This document shows positions 25,394 to 38,570 of a stretch of DNA of 64,000 nt, piece after piece. The stretch is from positions 45,606,229 to 45,670,228 of the forward strand of contig NC_057739.1 in the NCBI RefSeq assembly GCF_004010195.1. Reading direction: 5' to 3'. The position numbers and the translations under genes are program-made. A model generated the notes under the pieces. That model was given only the letters and a program-made list of their open reading frames with translations, was not told the origin of the DNA and did no database searches. Numbering within the stretch: the first letter of the stretch is position 1; each line of letters begins with the position of its first letter. This DNA comes from Chiloscyllium plagiosum. Lineage: Eukaryota.

Positions 25394-25468
25394 TCTGACG
25401 GCTGTTTTGAAAGGTTTGTATTTTTGTGTGTCACGAATGTTCTTCTTTGGATGGTCCAGGAACAGAAT
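25394..25468 (-). CDS. REXO4: REXO4 coding exon 6 (ILFLDHPKKNIRDTQKYKPFKTAVR)
   Basis: cacag acceptor and gtaagt donor, 75 nt. Conserved L.HP..IRDT motif. Confidence 0.95.
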
Positions 25469-27837
25469 CTGTGGCAATTAGACAACAATTAATTAGCACA
25501 GTGACAAATGCAAGCAGCTGCTGCCTGTATAGCTTACTCCTTTCAGTAGTACTCTTTGACATTAATATTTATATTAAAATATGTGTTCTGCGGTTTGCAG
25601 ACCTAAGCAATTGAAGAGTGATTTAGAAAGGCTTGACAAACCAATGACAAAGCAGCGTTGACATGGAGAGTGACAAATTTTGTGTTCGGGTCTGAACTAA
25701 GTGAACCGAGTTTGAGTCTTCCATCAGCATAAGACACAAACATGAATCCAGAGCCTCAAACAGGTAAAGACAAGACTTCCTTCCCAAAAGGATGTTAGCG
25801 ACTAGTTGGGAGTTTTACAGCAATTTGACAGTTTTGCAGCCAATTTTACCAATCCCAGATTTTTATTTTAAAAAGAATTCAAATTCCACTACCTCAAGTA
25901 GAATATGAATTCATGTTCTCTAGGTTATTAGTCCAGTGACACCACACTGCTTTAATTTTCTACTGCAGAGACCCAGACACTTGCATCAGGTTATCAGAGA
26001 ATGGTCATTATCCATGTATGGACCCCATGCATTGCTGAGTCAGAACCTGTTGGAGGGATGGGACAAACTGTGGTGAGACAGAGAGAAACTGGCTGCACAA
26101 ATGCTGATTTCTACACCCCCCCCCACCACACTCCCACCCAAACACCACCCCTTTGCCACTTTTCCTAAAGTAAAGATTTTGTTCAAGGACACACTCCCTC
26201 AATAACAGTGTCAATGTCATTGAGACTGATCAATTTTCACCAATTTACGATAAATAGGATAAACCCCAATAAATTAATTCAATTTCTCTCTTTACGAGGG
26301 TTCAAACCCCTTGAATTCTCTTTCACATGTCTATTCACTATGATAAGCTGGTTGGCTGCTTTGTGCCGAAGGACAGGAATTGGAAGCAGTGGATCAGTAA
26401 AACCTTACTTCTGATATCCTGAACATACTTACCCACCCAGAGACTCAAGAACATCCATGTCAGAAAGGTAACATGACAGGTATTTTGTACAGTTTTGGTC
26501 TCATCTCAGGGAAAATGCATTTGCTACAGAGTGCAGTGGAAATTCACCAAACTCATCCATTGAGATGGCAGGTTTGCCTTATGAGGAAAGATTGAAGAGA
26601 TTAGATTTGTATTTCTTAAGAGTTTTGAACAATGAGACAGGATCTTACTGAAATGTATAAGATCGTCACACGGTGTGACAGGATATATGGTGAGCCCAGA
26701 ACCAGGTAGCAGAGTCTCAGGATATAGGCCTTTTTAGACAGAGATGAGGATGTTCTTCTCCTGTGAAAGGGTGGGATGGTCAACAGGACTTTAAAACGAA
26801 AGTCAGAGGGAAAGGGAAAGGTAAAACTCCAAGGAGGATTACGGCGAATGGGAAACAAAGCAGCAGGTTAACATCTGTGGGGGTGGATTCAACCGCATGG
26901 GAAAAAGAAATGAAAAGAATGGAGATCTCAGGAGGGGTTATTAAAGTCTCCAGAACACAAAATAGGACAGAGTATTTGGAAAGGCTTAGGAATCTAACTC
27001 CGAGCACACTGGATAAAGGGATGACACTGAGAACAGGGACGGTGTTGTATATGAATGCACACAGTATAAGGAATAAGGTAAATGAGCTTGTTGCACAGTT
27101 TGAGATTGGCAGGTATGATGTGGTGGGCATCACAGAGACATGTTTGCAAGGTTATCAGAACTAGAAGCTAAATATCCAAGGATATACATCTTATCGAAAA
27201 GGCAGGCAGGTGGAAAGTGAGGATGGGGTTGCCTTATTAGTAAGAAATGAAATTAAGTCGATAGTGAGAAATGACATTGTACATCATCTGACCCTATCTG
27301 TGTGGATAGAATTGAGGAACCACAAAGGTAAAGGAAACCCATAATGGGAGTTATGTACAGGCCTCCAAACTGTAGTTAGGATGTGGGACAAAAGATACAC
27401 ACCTGTTCTGTTTCCTGGTATAAGTAAGGCAAGGTTACAGCGATCATGGGGATTTCAACATGCAGGTGGACTGGGAAAATCAGGGTGGCAGTGAATCACA
27501 GAAAAGGGTATTTGTGGAATGTCTACGAGATGGTTTTGTTTTGAGCAGCTTGTGGTGAAGTTCACTAGGGAACAGGCAATACTGGATTTAGTGTCGTGCA
27601 ATGAGGCAGACTTGATAAGGGAGCTTAAGGTGAAGGAACCCTTAGGGGGCAGTGATCATAACATGATAGAATTTATGCTGCAGTTTGTATGGGAGAAGCT
27701 GGAATCAGATGTAACAGTATTACATTTGAATAAAGGCAACTACAGAGGCATGAGGGAGGAGTTGGGTAGGAATGACTGGAAGAGGAGCCGAGCAGGAAAG
27801 ACAGTGGAGCAGCAATGACAGGAGTTTTTTTTTTTAA

Positions 27838-28164
27838 AAGATTAGATTCCCAACAGTATGGAAACAGGCCCTTCTGCCCAACAAGTCCAAACCGATCCTC
27901 CGAAGAGTAACCCACCCAGACCCATTGCTCTACCCTTTATATACCCCTGAGTAATGCACCTAACACTACGGGCAATTTAGCATGGCCAATTCACCCGAAC
28001 CTGCATATCTTTGGACTGTGAGAGGAAACAGGAGCATCCAGGGGAAACCCACGCAGACACGGGGAGAATGTGCAAACTCCACACAGAAGTCGCCCGAGGC
28101 TGGAATCGAACCCGGGTACCTGGTGCTGTGAGGCAGCAGTGCAAACCACGGAGTCACCGTGCCG
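27838..28164 (-). mobile_element. HE1/V-SINE nested in CR1
   Basis: Same family as 6670-6990. Confidence 0.85.
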
Positions 28165-28227
28165 CCATTATTCCGGGAATAATTTGGAAGACACAGCAGA
28201 GATTCATCCCAAGGAAAAAGAAGCATA

Positions 28228-28556
28228 GACCAGGGAACATGAGGCGACCAGGGAACATGAGGCGACCAGGGAACATGAGGCGACCAGGGGGAGTCACCGT
28301 GCCGCCATTATTCCGGGAATAATTTGGAAGACACAGCAGAGATTCATCCCAAGGAAAAAGAAGCATACTCAAGGGAAGATGAGGCGACCACGGCTGACCA
28401 GGGAAGATGAGGCGACCAGGGAAGATGAGGCGACCAGGGAAGATGAGGCGGCGACCAGGGAACATGAGGCGACCAGGGAACATGAGGCGACCAGGGAACA
28501 TGAGGCGACCACGGCTGACCAGGGAAGATGAGGTGACCACGGCTGACCAGGGAAGT
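28228..28556. repeat. 18-bp minisatellite (gaccagggaa[c/g]atgaggc)n plus ~78-bp duplication
   Basis: MRRPGN/MRRPGK periodic ORFs. 28150-28227 is repeated at 28290-28367. Confidence 0.9.
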
Positions 28557-29989
28557 CAGGGACAGCACAAAAGCAAATGGAAAAGCATATAATGCGGTGA
28601 AGTATAATGGGGAGCCGGAGGATTGGGAAGCTTACAAAGACCAACCGAGGATAACTAAAACAGTAATAAAGGAGGGAGAAGATTAAATATGAGGGCAAAC
28701 TAAAAAAAATTGCAAGAGTTCCTTTAGATATATAAAGGGTACAAGAGAGGCAAAAGTTGCAGTCAGCTGCTGGAAAATGTCACTGTAGGAGTAGTAACGG
28801 CGAACAAGAAATGGGGGAGGACCTGAACCAATACTTTGTGTCAGTCTTCATGGGGGAAAACATGAGTAATATCCCAAACATTCAAGAGAGTTGGAGGGCA
28901 GAGGTGAGTATGGTCACCTTCATCAAGGAGAAGGTGCTTGAGAAATGGAAAGGTCTGAAAGTGGATAAATCACCTGGACCAGATGGACTACACCCCAGAG
29001 TTCTGAAGGACATAGCTGAAGAGATAGTGAGGGCTTTAGTAGTGATCTTCCAGGGAGGGTTCCAGAGGACTGGAAAATTGCTAATGTAGTCCCCCTGTTT
29101 AAGAAGGGTGTGAGGCAACAGATGGGAAATTATAGAGCTATTAGCCTGACCTCGGTCATTCGTAAGAGTTTGGAGTTCATTGTGAAGGATGAGGTTTCTG
29201 AATATTTGAAAGTGCATGGTAAAATAGAGCCAAGTCAGCATGGTTTCATCAAGGGGAGATCATGCCTGACAAGTCTGTAGGAATTCTTTGAGGAGGTAAT
29301 GAGTAGTTACACCAAGGAGAGCTCATACATATTATCTACCTGGACTTTCAGAGGGTCTTTGATAATATGCTGCGCGGGAGGCTGCTAAGAGCCGATGGTG
29401 TCACTGGCAATGTGCTAGTATGGATGCAAGTCTGGCTGTCCGGCAGAAAGCGGTGAGTGGAATAAAAGGGTCCTTTTCAGGAAGGCAGCCGCTGACAAAT
29501 GGTGTTCCGCTAAGGACAGTGTTGGGACCACAACTTTTAACTTTATACATTAACAATCTAGATAAAGGAAATGAGGCATTCTGGCGAAGGTTGCAGATGA
29601 TACAAAGATACGTGGAGGGACAGGTAGCATCGAGGAGGTAGGAAGTGCGAGGTCCTGCACTTTGGTAGGAAGAATAGAGGCATAGACTATTTTCTAATGG
29701 GGAAAAGATTCAGAAATCTGAAGTGCATAGGGTCTTGGGAGTCTTAGTCCAGGATTCTCTGAAGGTTAACTTGCAGGTTGAGTCAGTAGTTAGGAAGGCA
29801 AATACAAGGTTGGACTCTATTTCAACAGAACTAGAATTTCAAAGAGGGATATACTTCTGAAGCTTTAAAAGGCTCTGGTCAGACCACATTTAGAATATTG
29901 AGAGCAATTTTGAGCCCCATATCTCAGGAAGGATATACTGGCCCGGGAGCGAGTCCAGCGGAGGTTCATTAAAATGATCCCAGGAACGA

Positions 29990-30340
29990 AGGGCGGCTCA
30001 GTGGCTCAGTGGTTAGCACTGCTGCCTCACAGCGCCAGGGACCTGGATTCAATTCCAGTCTCAGGGCGACTGTCCGTGTGGAGTTTGCACGTTCTCCCAG
30101 TGTCTGCGTGGGTTTCCTCCGGGTGCTCCGGTTTCCTCCCACAATCCAAAGATGTGCAGGTGCAGGTGAATTGGCCATGCTAAATTGCCCATAGTGTTCA
30201 GGAATGTGTTGGTTAGGTGCATTAGTCAGGGGTAAATATAGGGTAGGGGAATGGGTCTGAATGGATTACTCTTTGGAGGGTTAGTATGGACCTGTTGGGC
30301 CGAGAGGCCTGTTTCCACAATGTAGGGAATCTAATTCTAA
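29990..30340 (+). mobile_element. HE1/V-SINE nested in CR1
   Basis: Full tRNA head (gtggctcagtggttagcactgctgcctcacagcgccaggg...gattcaattcc), V-domain and (aattct)n tail. Confidence 0.88.
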
Positions 30341-31247
30341 TTCCAATGAAAGGCTTAACATACGAGGAAAGTTTGAGGACTCTGGGTCAATACTGGATGG
30401 AGTTTTGGAAGATGAGGGAGGGATCTTATTAAAACTTACAGAATACTGAAAGGCCTGAACAGAGTGGACGTTGGAAAAATGTTTCCATTAGCAGGAGAAG
30501 CTAGGACCTGAGGGCACAGCCTTTGAGTAAAGGGGAATTCTTTAGAACGGAGATAAGGAGAAACTTCTTCAGTCAGAGAGTGGGGAATGTTTGGAATTCA
30601 ATGCCACAGGAGGCTGTGGAGGCCAGGGCATTAACTATATTTAAGCCAGAGATCAATGGTTCTTGATTATTCAGGGGATCAAGAGTAATTGGGAGAAGGC
30701 AAGAGAATAGGGTTGAGAAACTTATCAGCCATGGTTGAATAGCCGAGCAATCGAGAAGGCTACTGTGTCCTAATAGTGTCAGGTTTTGAGTGTTGTTGGA
30801 GTTGCACCCATCCAGGCAAGTGGGGAGTATTCCATCACACTCCTGACTGGTGTCTTGTGGATATGGCCTACTTTCTGCTCCTATGTCTTATGGTGCTGTA
30901 TCTTTGAAATTCTCTGCCCTTTAAGTCTGTGGAAGCTCAGTTATTGAGTTTTAATTCTGATAGTATTAAGAAATAGTGAGGAAATTTGGCAGGGAGGTGG
31001 GTGATTAGACGTGACTGAAGTGAATTGCCTACTCCAGCTCCTATTTCCAATGGGTTCCAAAACAATATTTTATTGTGGTATCAACCGAGAATCCTTTAGC
31101 TGAGAAAGGGATTGGGTTATTAAAAAAATACTTTGAAGGTTATTTGACTGTATTTTACAAATTTTACTCTGGAAAGGAATTACCCTGAGCTCCCCCTGTT
31201 ACCTTGCTAAACACTGAACCACACAGCAAAGGACTGTTAGTACTGAC

Positions 31248-31336
31248 CTTGAGATCGTTGTGGACAGCATGACCAACTAACACTCTGCCTTCCAAGATTT
31301 CTGCAACCTCCCTCTGCACAACTTTAAAGTCTTCAC
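31248..31336 (-). CDS. REXO4: REXO4 coding exon 5 ([30 protein letters not shown])
   Basis: ttgtttag acceptor and aag|gtcagt donor, 89 nt. ExoII motif VGHAVHND. Confidence 0.95.
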
Positions 31337-32279
31337 CTAAACAAAAGTCCAAACCAGATCAAAAACAGTCAAATCAGTTTCAAATACACACACGGGGTAA
31401 AGACTCACATTCTGCAAGTTCAAATATTGCAGATGCTGGAAAACAAAAATGGAAAGTGCTGGAAATACTCAACATGTCAGCACTGCGGAGAGAGAAACAC
31501 AACTAACTTTGATACAGATAGGACAGTTCTTTACGAAAAGTTGAATATTAATAGTTACTGTTACATGACTTCCTGACCATGCTGCTGACAGTGTCGATGT
31601 GGGATCTTATTTTTTTTTACCTAGTCTGGAGTTATCCCCCCTAAACTGCCTAAATCTCCTCACACCCTTTTATGCCATTATCTGTTCTGAGTGTCAAAAG
31701 CATAGACTCAATTATCTTTCCAGTTATTCCTTCCATTTATAACCCTATACCTTCACAGACATTTTATAAAATCTTTTACTACTTCCCCTTCTGTTCCTTG
31801 ACTGATTTCTTTCAGACTACCTCAACTTTATAACCTTTTTTGATTCCCCTTTTAAACATTTTGTCACAAACTTTACAAACCTCAGATTTGACAGGTGGAA
31901 AGCTTCATTTTAATTTCAATTTATTTTCTCATTCCACAAATCCCAGCACTTGCTCCTTCCTTCTCCTTACGGAGGAATAAGGCTACTGTGTATTTTGATC
32001 ACTTGACAAACAATAACTACACAGCACTTTTAGTAAAATATCCCAAGGTAGTAGTATTAAAATTAGACACAAGACACATAACCAGACACTAGGATACCAC
32101 CCCAGGAGTCGAGATTAAAGTTTGGTCACAAAATAGTTACTAATCGGTGTCTTAAAAGGAGGAAAGAGAGGCAGAATTTTTGATGGAGGGTATTCTAGAG
32201 GTCAGGGGTCAGGCAGCTGTAAGAATGGCCACTAATGGTTCAGCAATTAAAACAGACATGGTCTGTTGTTTCTGCCCTC

Positions 32280-32800
32280 TCCTGGGATGTGGGTGTCACT
32301 GGCTGGGCCAGCGTTTATAGCCCCTCTCTAATTACCCTTAAAGCAGCTGTGATCTGCTTTCTTGAGCTGAAAGCCATGCACTGTAGTAGATCCACAATAC
32401 CACTGGGGGAGGAATTCCAGGACTGTGACCCAGATATACTGAAGAAATGTATGTATTTCCACGTCCAGATGGGGAGTGGCTTGGTGAGGGAAATGTGCAG
32501 TGGTTGGTGTTCCCACATATCTACTGCCCTAGTCCTTTCAGATTTAAACAATCATGGGTTTGGAAGATCCTGTCTTCAGGAACCTTGGTGAATTTCAACA
32601 GTGCTCCTTGTAGATGGTACACACTGCTGCTAATGAGCATCAGTTGTGGAAAGAGTCAATGTGGTGCCAATCAAGAAGGCTACTGTGTCCTAGATAGTGT
32701 CAGGTTTGGAGTGTTGTTGCAGTTGCACCCATCCAGGCAAGTGGGGAGTATTCCATCACACTCCTGACTGGTGTCTTGTGGATATGGCTTTGGGGAGTGC
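32280..32800 (-). mobile_element. Old non-LTR (CR1/L2-clade) 3' fragment
   Basis: Same family as 2140-2880 and 37660-38570. Confidence 0.6.
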
Positions 32801-33004
32801 AGGATAAATACTGACCAGATTCATGGCCCAAAAGGTTTCCCTGCTGTAATGTCTCCAAAATTCCAGGCTGTTCTGGCATGTTTGCTAATTTGTTAACTTA
32901 TTTATTCACTGATCTCCTTTCCAATGCCCCTCACCAAAATCTTGTTTGAAAGTTTTGCATAAATTATTTAAAACCAGGTATAAAGATTCAGAAAGACAGC
33001 TCAC

Positions 33005-33198
33005 CATTCTTCATGTCAGCTGGTCGTACTCCACTGACCCAGGTCCTGTAATCCGTCACCTTTTCTGTTGGTTTCACATATTTGTCATAAATGCATTTTC
33101 CAAATTGGTTCACAATAGATACACGGGCAAGGATGCTGTCCACTTTATCTGAACCCACGCCAACCATCTCACAGTCCATTGCCACTGCTTTGGTGAGT
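33005..33198 (-). CDS. REXO4: REXO4 coding exon 4 ([15 protein letters not shown]...[36 protein letters not shown])
   Basis: ttttcag acceptor and g|gtgag donor, 194 nt. ExoI motif DCE. Hallmark Rex4 sequence. Confidence 0.97.
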
Positions 33199-33459
33199 CT
33201 GAAAACAGCCAGCACAGTTTATCCAGACAGACAGATAGACACAGTCCTTAAAGTCCCAGTCACAAAGAACAGCAGCACCTAAGTAAAACTAAACCCAATG
33301 TCTTATCGCTACAAACCTGGGCTCAACCAGTATGGGGTTACATACATAATAAAGCTCCTTCTACACTTAAACTGAAAGCTGAGCCTCTCCACGCTGTCTT
33401 CATCAAACACTCCCGGCACAGGAACCGCACAGGATTAGATAGCGAGTAAAGCTCCTGGG

Positions 33460-36400
33460 TTAGACCTGGGTAGGTCTGGGACTGGTGCCCTAAGAGGAGT
33501 ATTTGCTGCAGTAGCTTGGAAGGCTTCAAACTAAAATGGGAGGGGTATGGGAACCTATGCATGGAGTCAGAGGAAGGGGAATCAAAGACAAGAAAAGACC
33601 ATGGGGAACCTTATCGAACGCCTTACTAAAATCCATATATACCACATCTACCGCTTTCCCCTCATCAACCTCCTTCGTCACCTTTTCAAAGAGTCAGAGG
33701 AAGGGGAATCAAAGACAAGAAAAGACAGAAATGGGGAATAAGGAAAGTGATTGGCAGAGAAATCAAGGGCTAGGATCAAACAGCGATACCATGAAAAATA
33801 ATTGGAGTGAGACAGGTAATGCTGAAAGTCAAGCCTGAAGGCTTTGGGCACTGACGTATGGACATTCGCAATAAACTGGATGAATTAATTGTGAAAATAG
33901 ATTAAAACAGGTATAATATTGTCAAGATTACAGAGCCATGGCTGCACAGTGACCAGGGATGGAAGCTGACTATCCAGGGGTATTCTGTATTTCGGAAGAA
34001 CAGACAACAAAGGAAAATCCAGTGAGTTTGCATTGTTAGTTAGACAGGAGATTAAGTGAGGAAGGATCTTTATTTCTGATGATGTGGACTCTGTGTGGTA
34101 AAGGTGAGAAATACCAAGGGACAAAAAACATGAGTGGGGGTTGGATACAACCCCCATACCGTAGGGGTGATGTGGGGAATGGCATTAAACTGAAAATTAG
34201 AGATGCACGCAATAAAGGAACATCTGTAATTATGGGTGACTTTATTTTGCATAAAGATTGGCCAAATAAAATTAATAACCATACCATAGAGGAAGAATTC
34301 CTGGAGTGTATACAGGATGGTTTTCCTGGACCAATACGTTGATGAACTGACTATAGAACAGGCAATTCTGCCTGTGTATTGTGTAATGAAAAAGGAAGAA
34401 TGGGCGATCTAGTGAGAGTCAAGATTAGAATGGTGCTGGAAAAGCACAACAGGTCAGGCAGCAGCCGAGGAGCAGGAAAATCGACATTTCAGGCAAAAGC
34501 CCTTCATCAGGTTTTTCCAGTGCTTTTCCAGCACCACTCTAATCTCGACACTAATCTCCAGCACCTGCAGTACCCACTTTTACCTTTGATCTAGTTGTGG
34601 GAGGCTACCGGAGGATGAGTGACCATAATATTATACAATTCTTCATCGAGATGGAGAGTGATGTAATTCAGACCAGAATCTAAATAAAGGAAACTACGTG
34701 TTACAAGGCACGAGTTGGCTACGATAGTTTGGGGAACGTTACATAAAGGAATGACAGTGGAAAGGCAATGGCAAATATTCAAAGAACACATGGGTGAATT
34801 GTAACAATTGTTCATTCCTGTCTAAATGAGAAAGGTTGCCAGGCACTGGCTTCCAGGTTTAGTAGATACAGTATTAGATCCAAGGAAGAGACATACAACT
34901 TAGTTGGGGAAAATAAACCTGAGAATTGGGAGCAGTTTAGAATTCAATAAAAGAGGACATGAGAATTGATTAAGAAAAGTAGCTTGCAAGGAACATAAAA
35001 ACTGACTGTAAACATTCCTACAGGTACATGAACAGAAAAATACTGAAGACAAATGTAGGTCCCCTTACAGTCAGAAATTGAAACTTACAATAGGAACAAC
35101 AAAATGGCTGACCAACTAAACACATACTTTGGTTCTGAGTTCAAAGGGGAGGAAAATCAACATATCAAAAATGTTGGGGAACATGGTTTAGTGAGAGGAC
35201 GGAACAGAAGGAAATCAAAATTAGAAGGAAAATGGTGTTGGGGAAATTGATGAGATTGAAAACTGGACCTGATAATCGATGTCCCAGTATATTTAAGGAA
35301 GTGGCCCTAGAAATAGTCTTCCAAGGTTCTTAGACTGAAACAGTTCCTATGGATTGAATGGGTAGCTCAGGGAACCCCCCTATTTTAAAAAGAGGAGGTA
35401 GACAGAAAATTGGAATTATAGACCAGTCGGCCGGATGTCAGTAATGGGGAAAATGTTAGAATCCATTTCAAAAGTTTTAACAGAAAGCACTTGGAAAACA
35501 GTAGCAAAAACCAAAATTGCTGGAAAAGCTCAGCAGGTCTGGCAGTATTTGTGAAGAGAAATCAGTTAACGTTTTGGGTCCAGTGACCATTCCTCAGAAC
35601 TGAAGCACATGCAATTCTTTCTTTTTTTTACTTGGAAAACAATGGCAGGATCAGAGAGAGAGCCAGCATGGATTTATGAAAGGGAAATCATGCTTAACAA
35701 GTCTACTGGAATTCTTCGAGGATGCAATGAACATGGCTGATCAGGGCTGAGCCAGTGGATGTAGTTTATCTGGATTTTTGACAAAGTCTCACAGAGATTA
35801 ACCTGTAATATCAAAGCTCTTGGAATGGGGATAGCATATTGAATGGGCAGAAAATTGCTTAGCAGACAGGAAACAGGTCTTTTTTTGAATGGCAGATACT
35901 GACTAGTGGGTTACTGCAGATATCAGTGCTAGGACCCAGCCATTCACAATATATGTTAATGATTTAAATGTGGGAATGATACATAATATCTCAAAATCTG
36001 CAGGTGACACAAAGCTGGGTGGAAGGGTGAGCTGTGAGGAGGATGCAGTGTGATTGGCAGGTGCAGAATAATGTGGATAAAAAATGAGAGAGTATCCACT
36101 TTGGTAACCAAAACAGGAAGGCAGATTATGATTTGAATGGCTATGAACAGTGAGAGGATTATGCTAAGAGCCTTGTACACCAGTTATTGAGATGAAGTGT
36201 GCAGGTACAGCACATAGTAAAGAAGGCAAATAGTATGTTGGCCTTCATAGCAAGAGGATTTGAGTACAGGAGCAGGGATAGCTGCTGCAATTGTACAGAG
36301 CATTGGTGAGACCACACCTGGAGTACTGTGTCCTTATCTGGGGAAGGATGTTCTTGCTCAAGAGGTTGTGCAGCAAAGGTTTGCCAGCCTGATCCCTGGG

Positions 36401-36830
36401 ATGGCAGGACTGATGCATCAGGAGAGGTTGAATCAGTTAGGATTATATTTCTTGGAGTTCAGAAGGAGATGGGGAAAATCTAATAGAAATTTACAAACTT
36501 CTAACAGATCTAGACAGGGGAGATGCAGGAAGGATATTCCTGAAGGCACAGAAGTCCAGAACCAGGGGGTCACAGTGGAAGAATATGGGGTAAATCATCT
36601 AGGACTGAAAAGGAGGAGAAATGTCTTCCGCGGAGAGTGGGGAGCCTGTGGAATTCACTACCACAGAGCGCGGTTGAAAATATTGTGTTTTGGCCTCAAA
36701 GAGCAGTTGGATGTAGCACCAAGGGTTAAAGAGGGAAGAAGCAGGGCAGGTTATTGAGTTGGAAGATCAGCCATTATCATAAAGAATGGAGCAGCAAGAC
36801 CGAATGGCTGAACAGTCTACTCCTAATCCT
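33460..36830 (+). mobile_element. Long, heavily decayed CR1 LINE
   Basis: Remnants of the endonuclease (VIMGDF), of the RT (cagcatggatttatgaaagggaaatcatgc; gtgacacaaagctggg) and of the C-terminus. Confidence 0.8.
34414..34587. mobile_element. Palindromic Penelope-derived mini element
   Basis: gattagaatggtgctggaaaagcac / gtgcttttccagcaccactctaatc arms. 8-bp TSD gatctagt (34406-34413 / 34588-34595). Confidence 0.75.
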
Positions 36831-36844
36831 AATTTCATTGTTTC

Positions 36845-37000
36845 CACACCATCCCCATCAAACAGTTCCAGGACAGGTACTGCACCAGGTTAGACACGGA
36901 GTAAAGCTCCCTCTACACCATCCCCATCAAACACTCCCAGGACAGATACTGCATGGGGTTAGATATGGAGTAAAGCTCCCTTTAACCTGTCCCCATTAGT
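36845..37000. repeat. ~65-bp dispersed tandem repeat (ccccatcaaacactcccaggacaggtac..ggttagatacggagtaaagctccctctacac)
   Basis: About 2.3 copies here. Related copies at about 33340-33455 (+), 13365-13460 (-) and 21415-21490 (-). Confidence 0.7.
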
Positions 37001-37044
37001 ACAGCTGTCAGTTAACTAATGAACTGCAATTGCTGACTACCTAC

Positions 37045-37209
37045 CCCTGGAAGGCTCCATCTTTAACCAGCACCTTTTCCAAGCTTGGTTCTGCAGTGTG
37101 TGGCTTTCCTGTTGTTTGTGCTATCTGCTGTCGAGCAACACGTGCAGCTTCAGGCCCCATTGCAGCTTCTATGTCATCTGGGTCAACATCATCAAACCAG
37201 ATATCAGGC
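37045..37209 (-). CDS. REXO4: REXO4 coding exon 3 (PDIWFDDVDPDDIEAAMGPEAARVAR...LVKDGAFQG)
   Basis: tctccaacag acceptor and gg|gtaggt donor, 165 nt. DIWFDDVDP motif typical of vertebrate REXO4. Confidence 0.95.
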
Positions 37210-37659
37210 CTGTTGGAGAACAGAGAGTAAAGAAGGTGCATTGAAAGTAACAGAAAACCGCACTGGATTCTGATCCTGCATTGAAGTATAATACACTAAC
37301 CCCACTACCTGAAGTAGCTGTTACAGATGAAACAACATTTCAATGTTTTGTATTTATACAGCATCTTTAAGACAGTAAAACATGCAAGGCAATTCATCAA
37401 AGTGTCATCAAGCAATACCACACCTCCGAAAGAAAAGTCATATAAGCAGTTTAATAGGACAGATAGACAAAAGCTGAGACAAAGCAATACAGAAGCACAG
37501 TAAAGGCAGAGAAAGCAATAGTGCATCTAGAGCTTATGATCCAGGATGCTAATGAAACTTATGCTCCTAGATGGGTAACTAGAACTGGGGATACTGAATG
37601 GCCAGAAATGGATATGCAGAGATATCTCAACAAGGTTTTAAAATTTATCAGGAGAATTG

Positions 37660-38570
37660 GACTTCATTTGTTGGGCCAGCATTTATTGCCCAATCGTAAT
37701 TCCCCTTGAGGTAGCGAGAAGCCTTCTTGAACTTCTGCAGTTCATTTGGTAAAACTCACAATGCCTTTAGAGAGGGAATTCCAGGATTTTATCCTCTAAC
37801 ACTGAAGGAATGGTGATATATTTTCAAGTCAGGCTGATGAATGGCTCAGAGGGAAACATGTAAGGGGTAGTGTTCCTACGTATCTGCTGCCCTTGATTTT
37901 CTGGTCATGGGTTTGGAAGATGTTGTCTAAGATTATTTGGTGAATTTCTGCAGTGTATCGTGTAGAGAGCACACACTGCTACCACTGAGCTTCGGTGGTG
38001 GAGGGAGTGGATGTTTGTGGATGTGGTGCCAATCAAGTGGCTGCTTTGTCTTGGTTGGTGCCAAGCTTCTTGAGGTTGTTGGAGCTGCACCCACCCAGCA
38101 ATTGAGGAGTATTCCATCCCACTCCTGACCTGTGCCTTGTAGATGGTGGACAGGCTTTGGGGAGTCAGGAGGAGAGTTACTCAAGGCAGTATTCCCAGCC
38201 TCTGACCTGCTCATGTAGTCACTGAATTTACATGGGAAATCCAGTTGAGTTTCTGGTCAATAGTAACTCTCAGAATGTTGATACCATAGGACTCAGTGAT
38301 GGTAACACCATTAAATGTCATGGGGTAATTGTTACATTCACTCTTGTTGGAGATGATCATAACCTGCCATTTGTGTGGTATGGGAATAACTTGCTAGTTG
38401 TCAGCTGAAGCCTGGATATTGTCCAAATCTTGTTGCATTTGGAGATGGACTGCTTCAGTGTCTGAAGAGTCACAAATAATGCTGAACACTGCAATCACTG
38501 GTGAACATCTCAGCTTCTAACCTTATGGTGGAGGGAAGATCACTGATGAAGCAGCAGAAGATGGGTTGGG
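37660..38570 (-). mobile_element. Old non-LTR (CR1/L2-clade) 3' fragment
   Basis: Minus strand gives VRS(G)MEYSSIAWVGA-type RT C-terminus and the shared 3' tail. Confidence 0.65.

Larger units (their letters stand above)
26760..30895 (+). mobile_element. Long degenerate CR1 LINE ORF2 (endonuclease plus RT plus 3' UTR) with nested SINEs and a minisatellite
   Basis: YMNAHSIRNK..YDVVGITET and LGGSDHNMIEF (APE endonuclease), KSPGPDGLHPRVLK, LGPQLLTLYINNL (RT). Confidence 0.9.

Noticed and set aside
28011-28698. Repetitive proteins (MRRPGN, WSPHLP)
   Set aside because: These are translations of an 18-bp minisatellite inside a dead LINE.
6670-30340. tRNA genes
   Set aside because: The tRNA-like A/B boxes are SINE heads followed by the V-domain and a LINE-like tail. 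No free-standing cloverleaf was seen.
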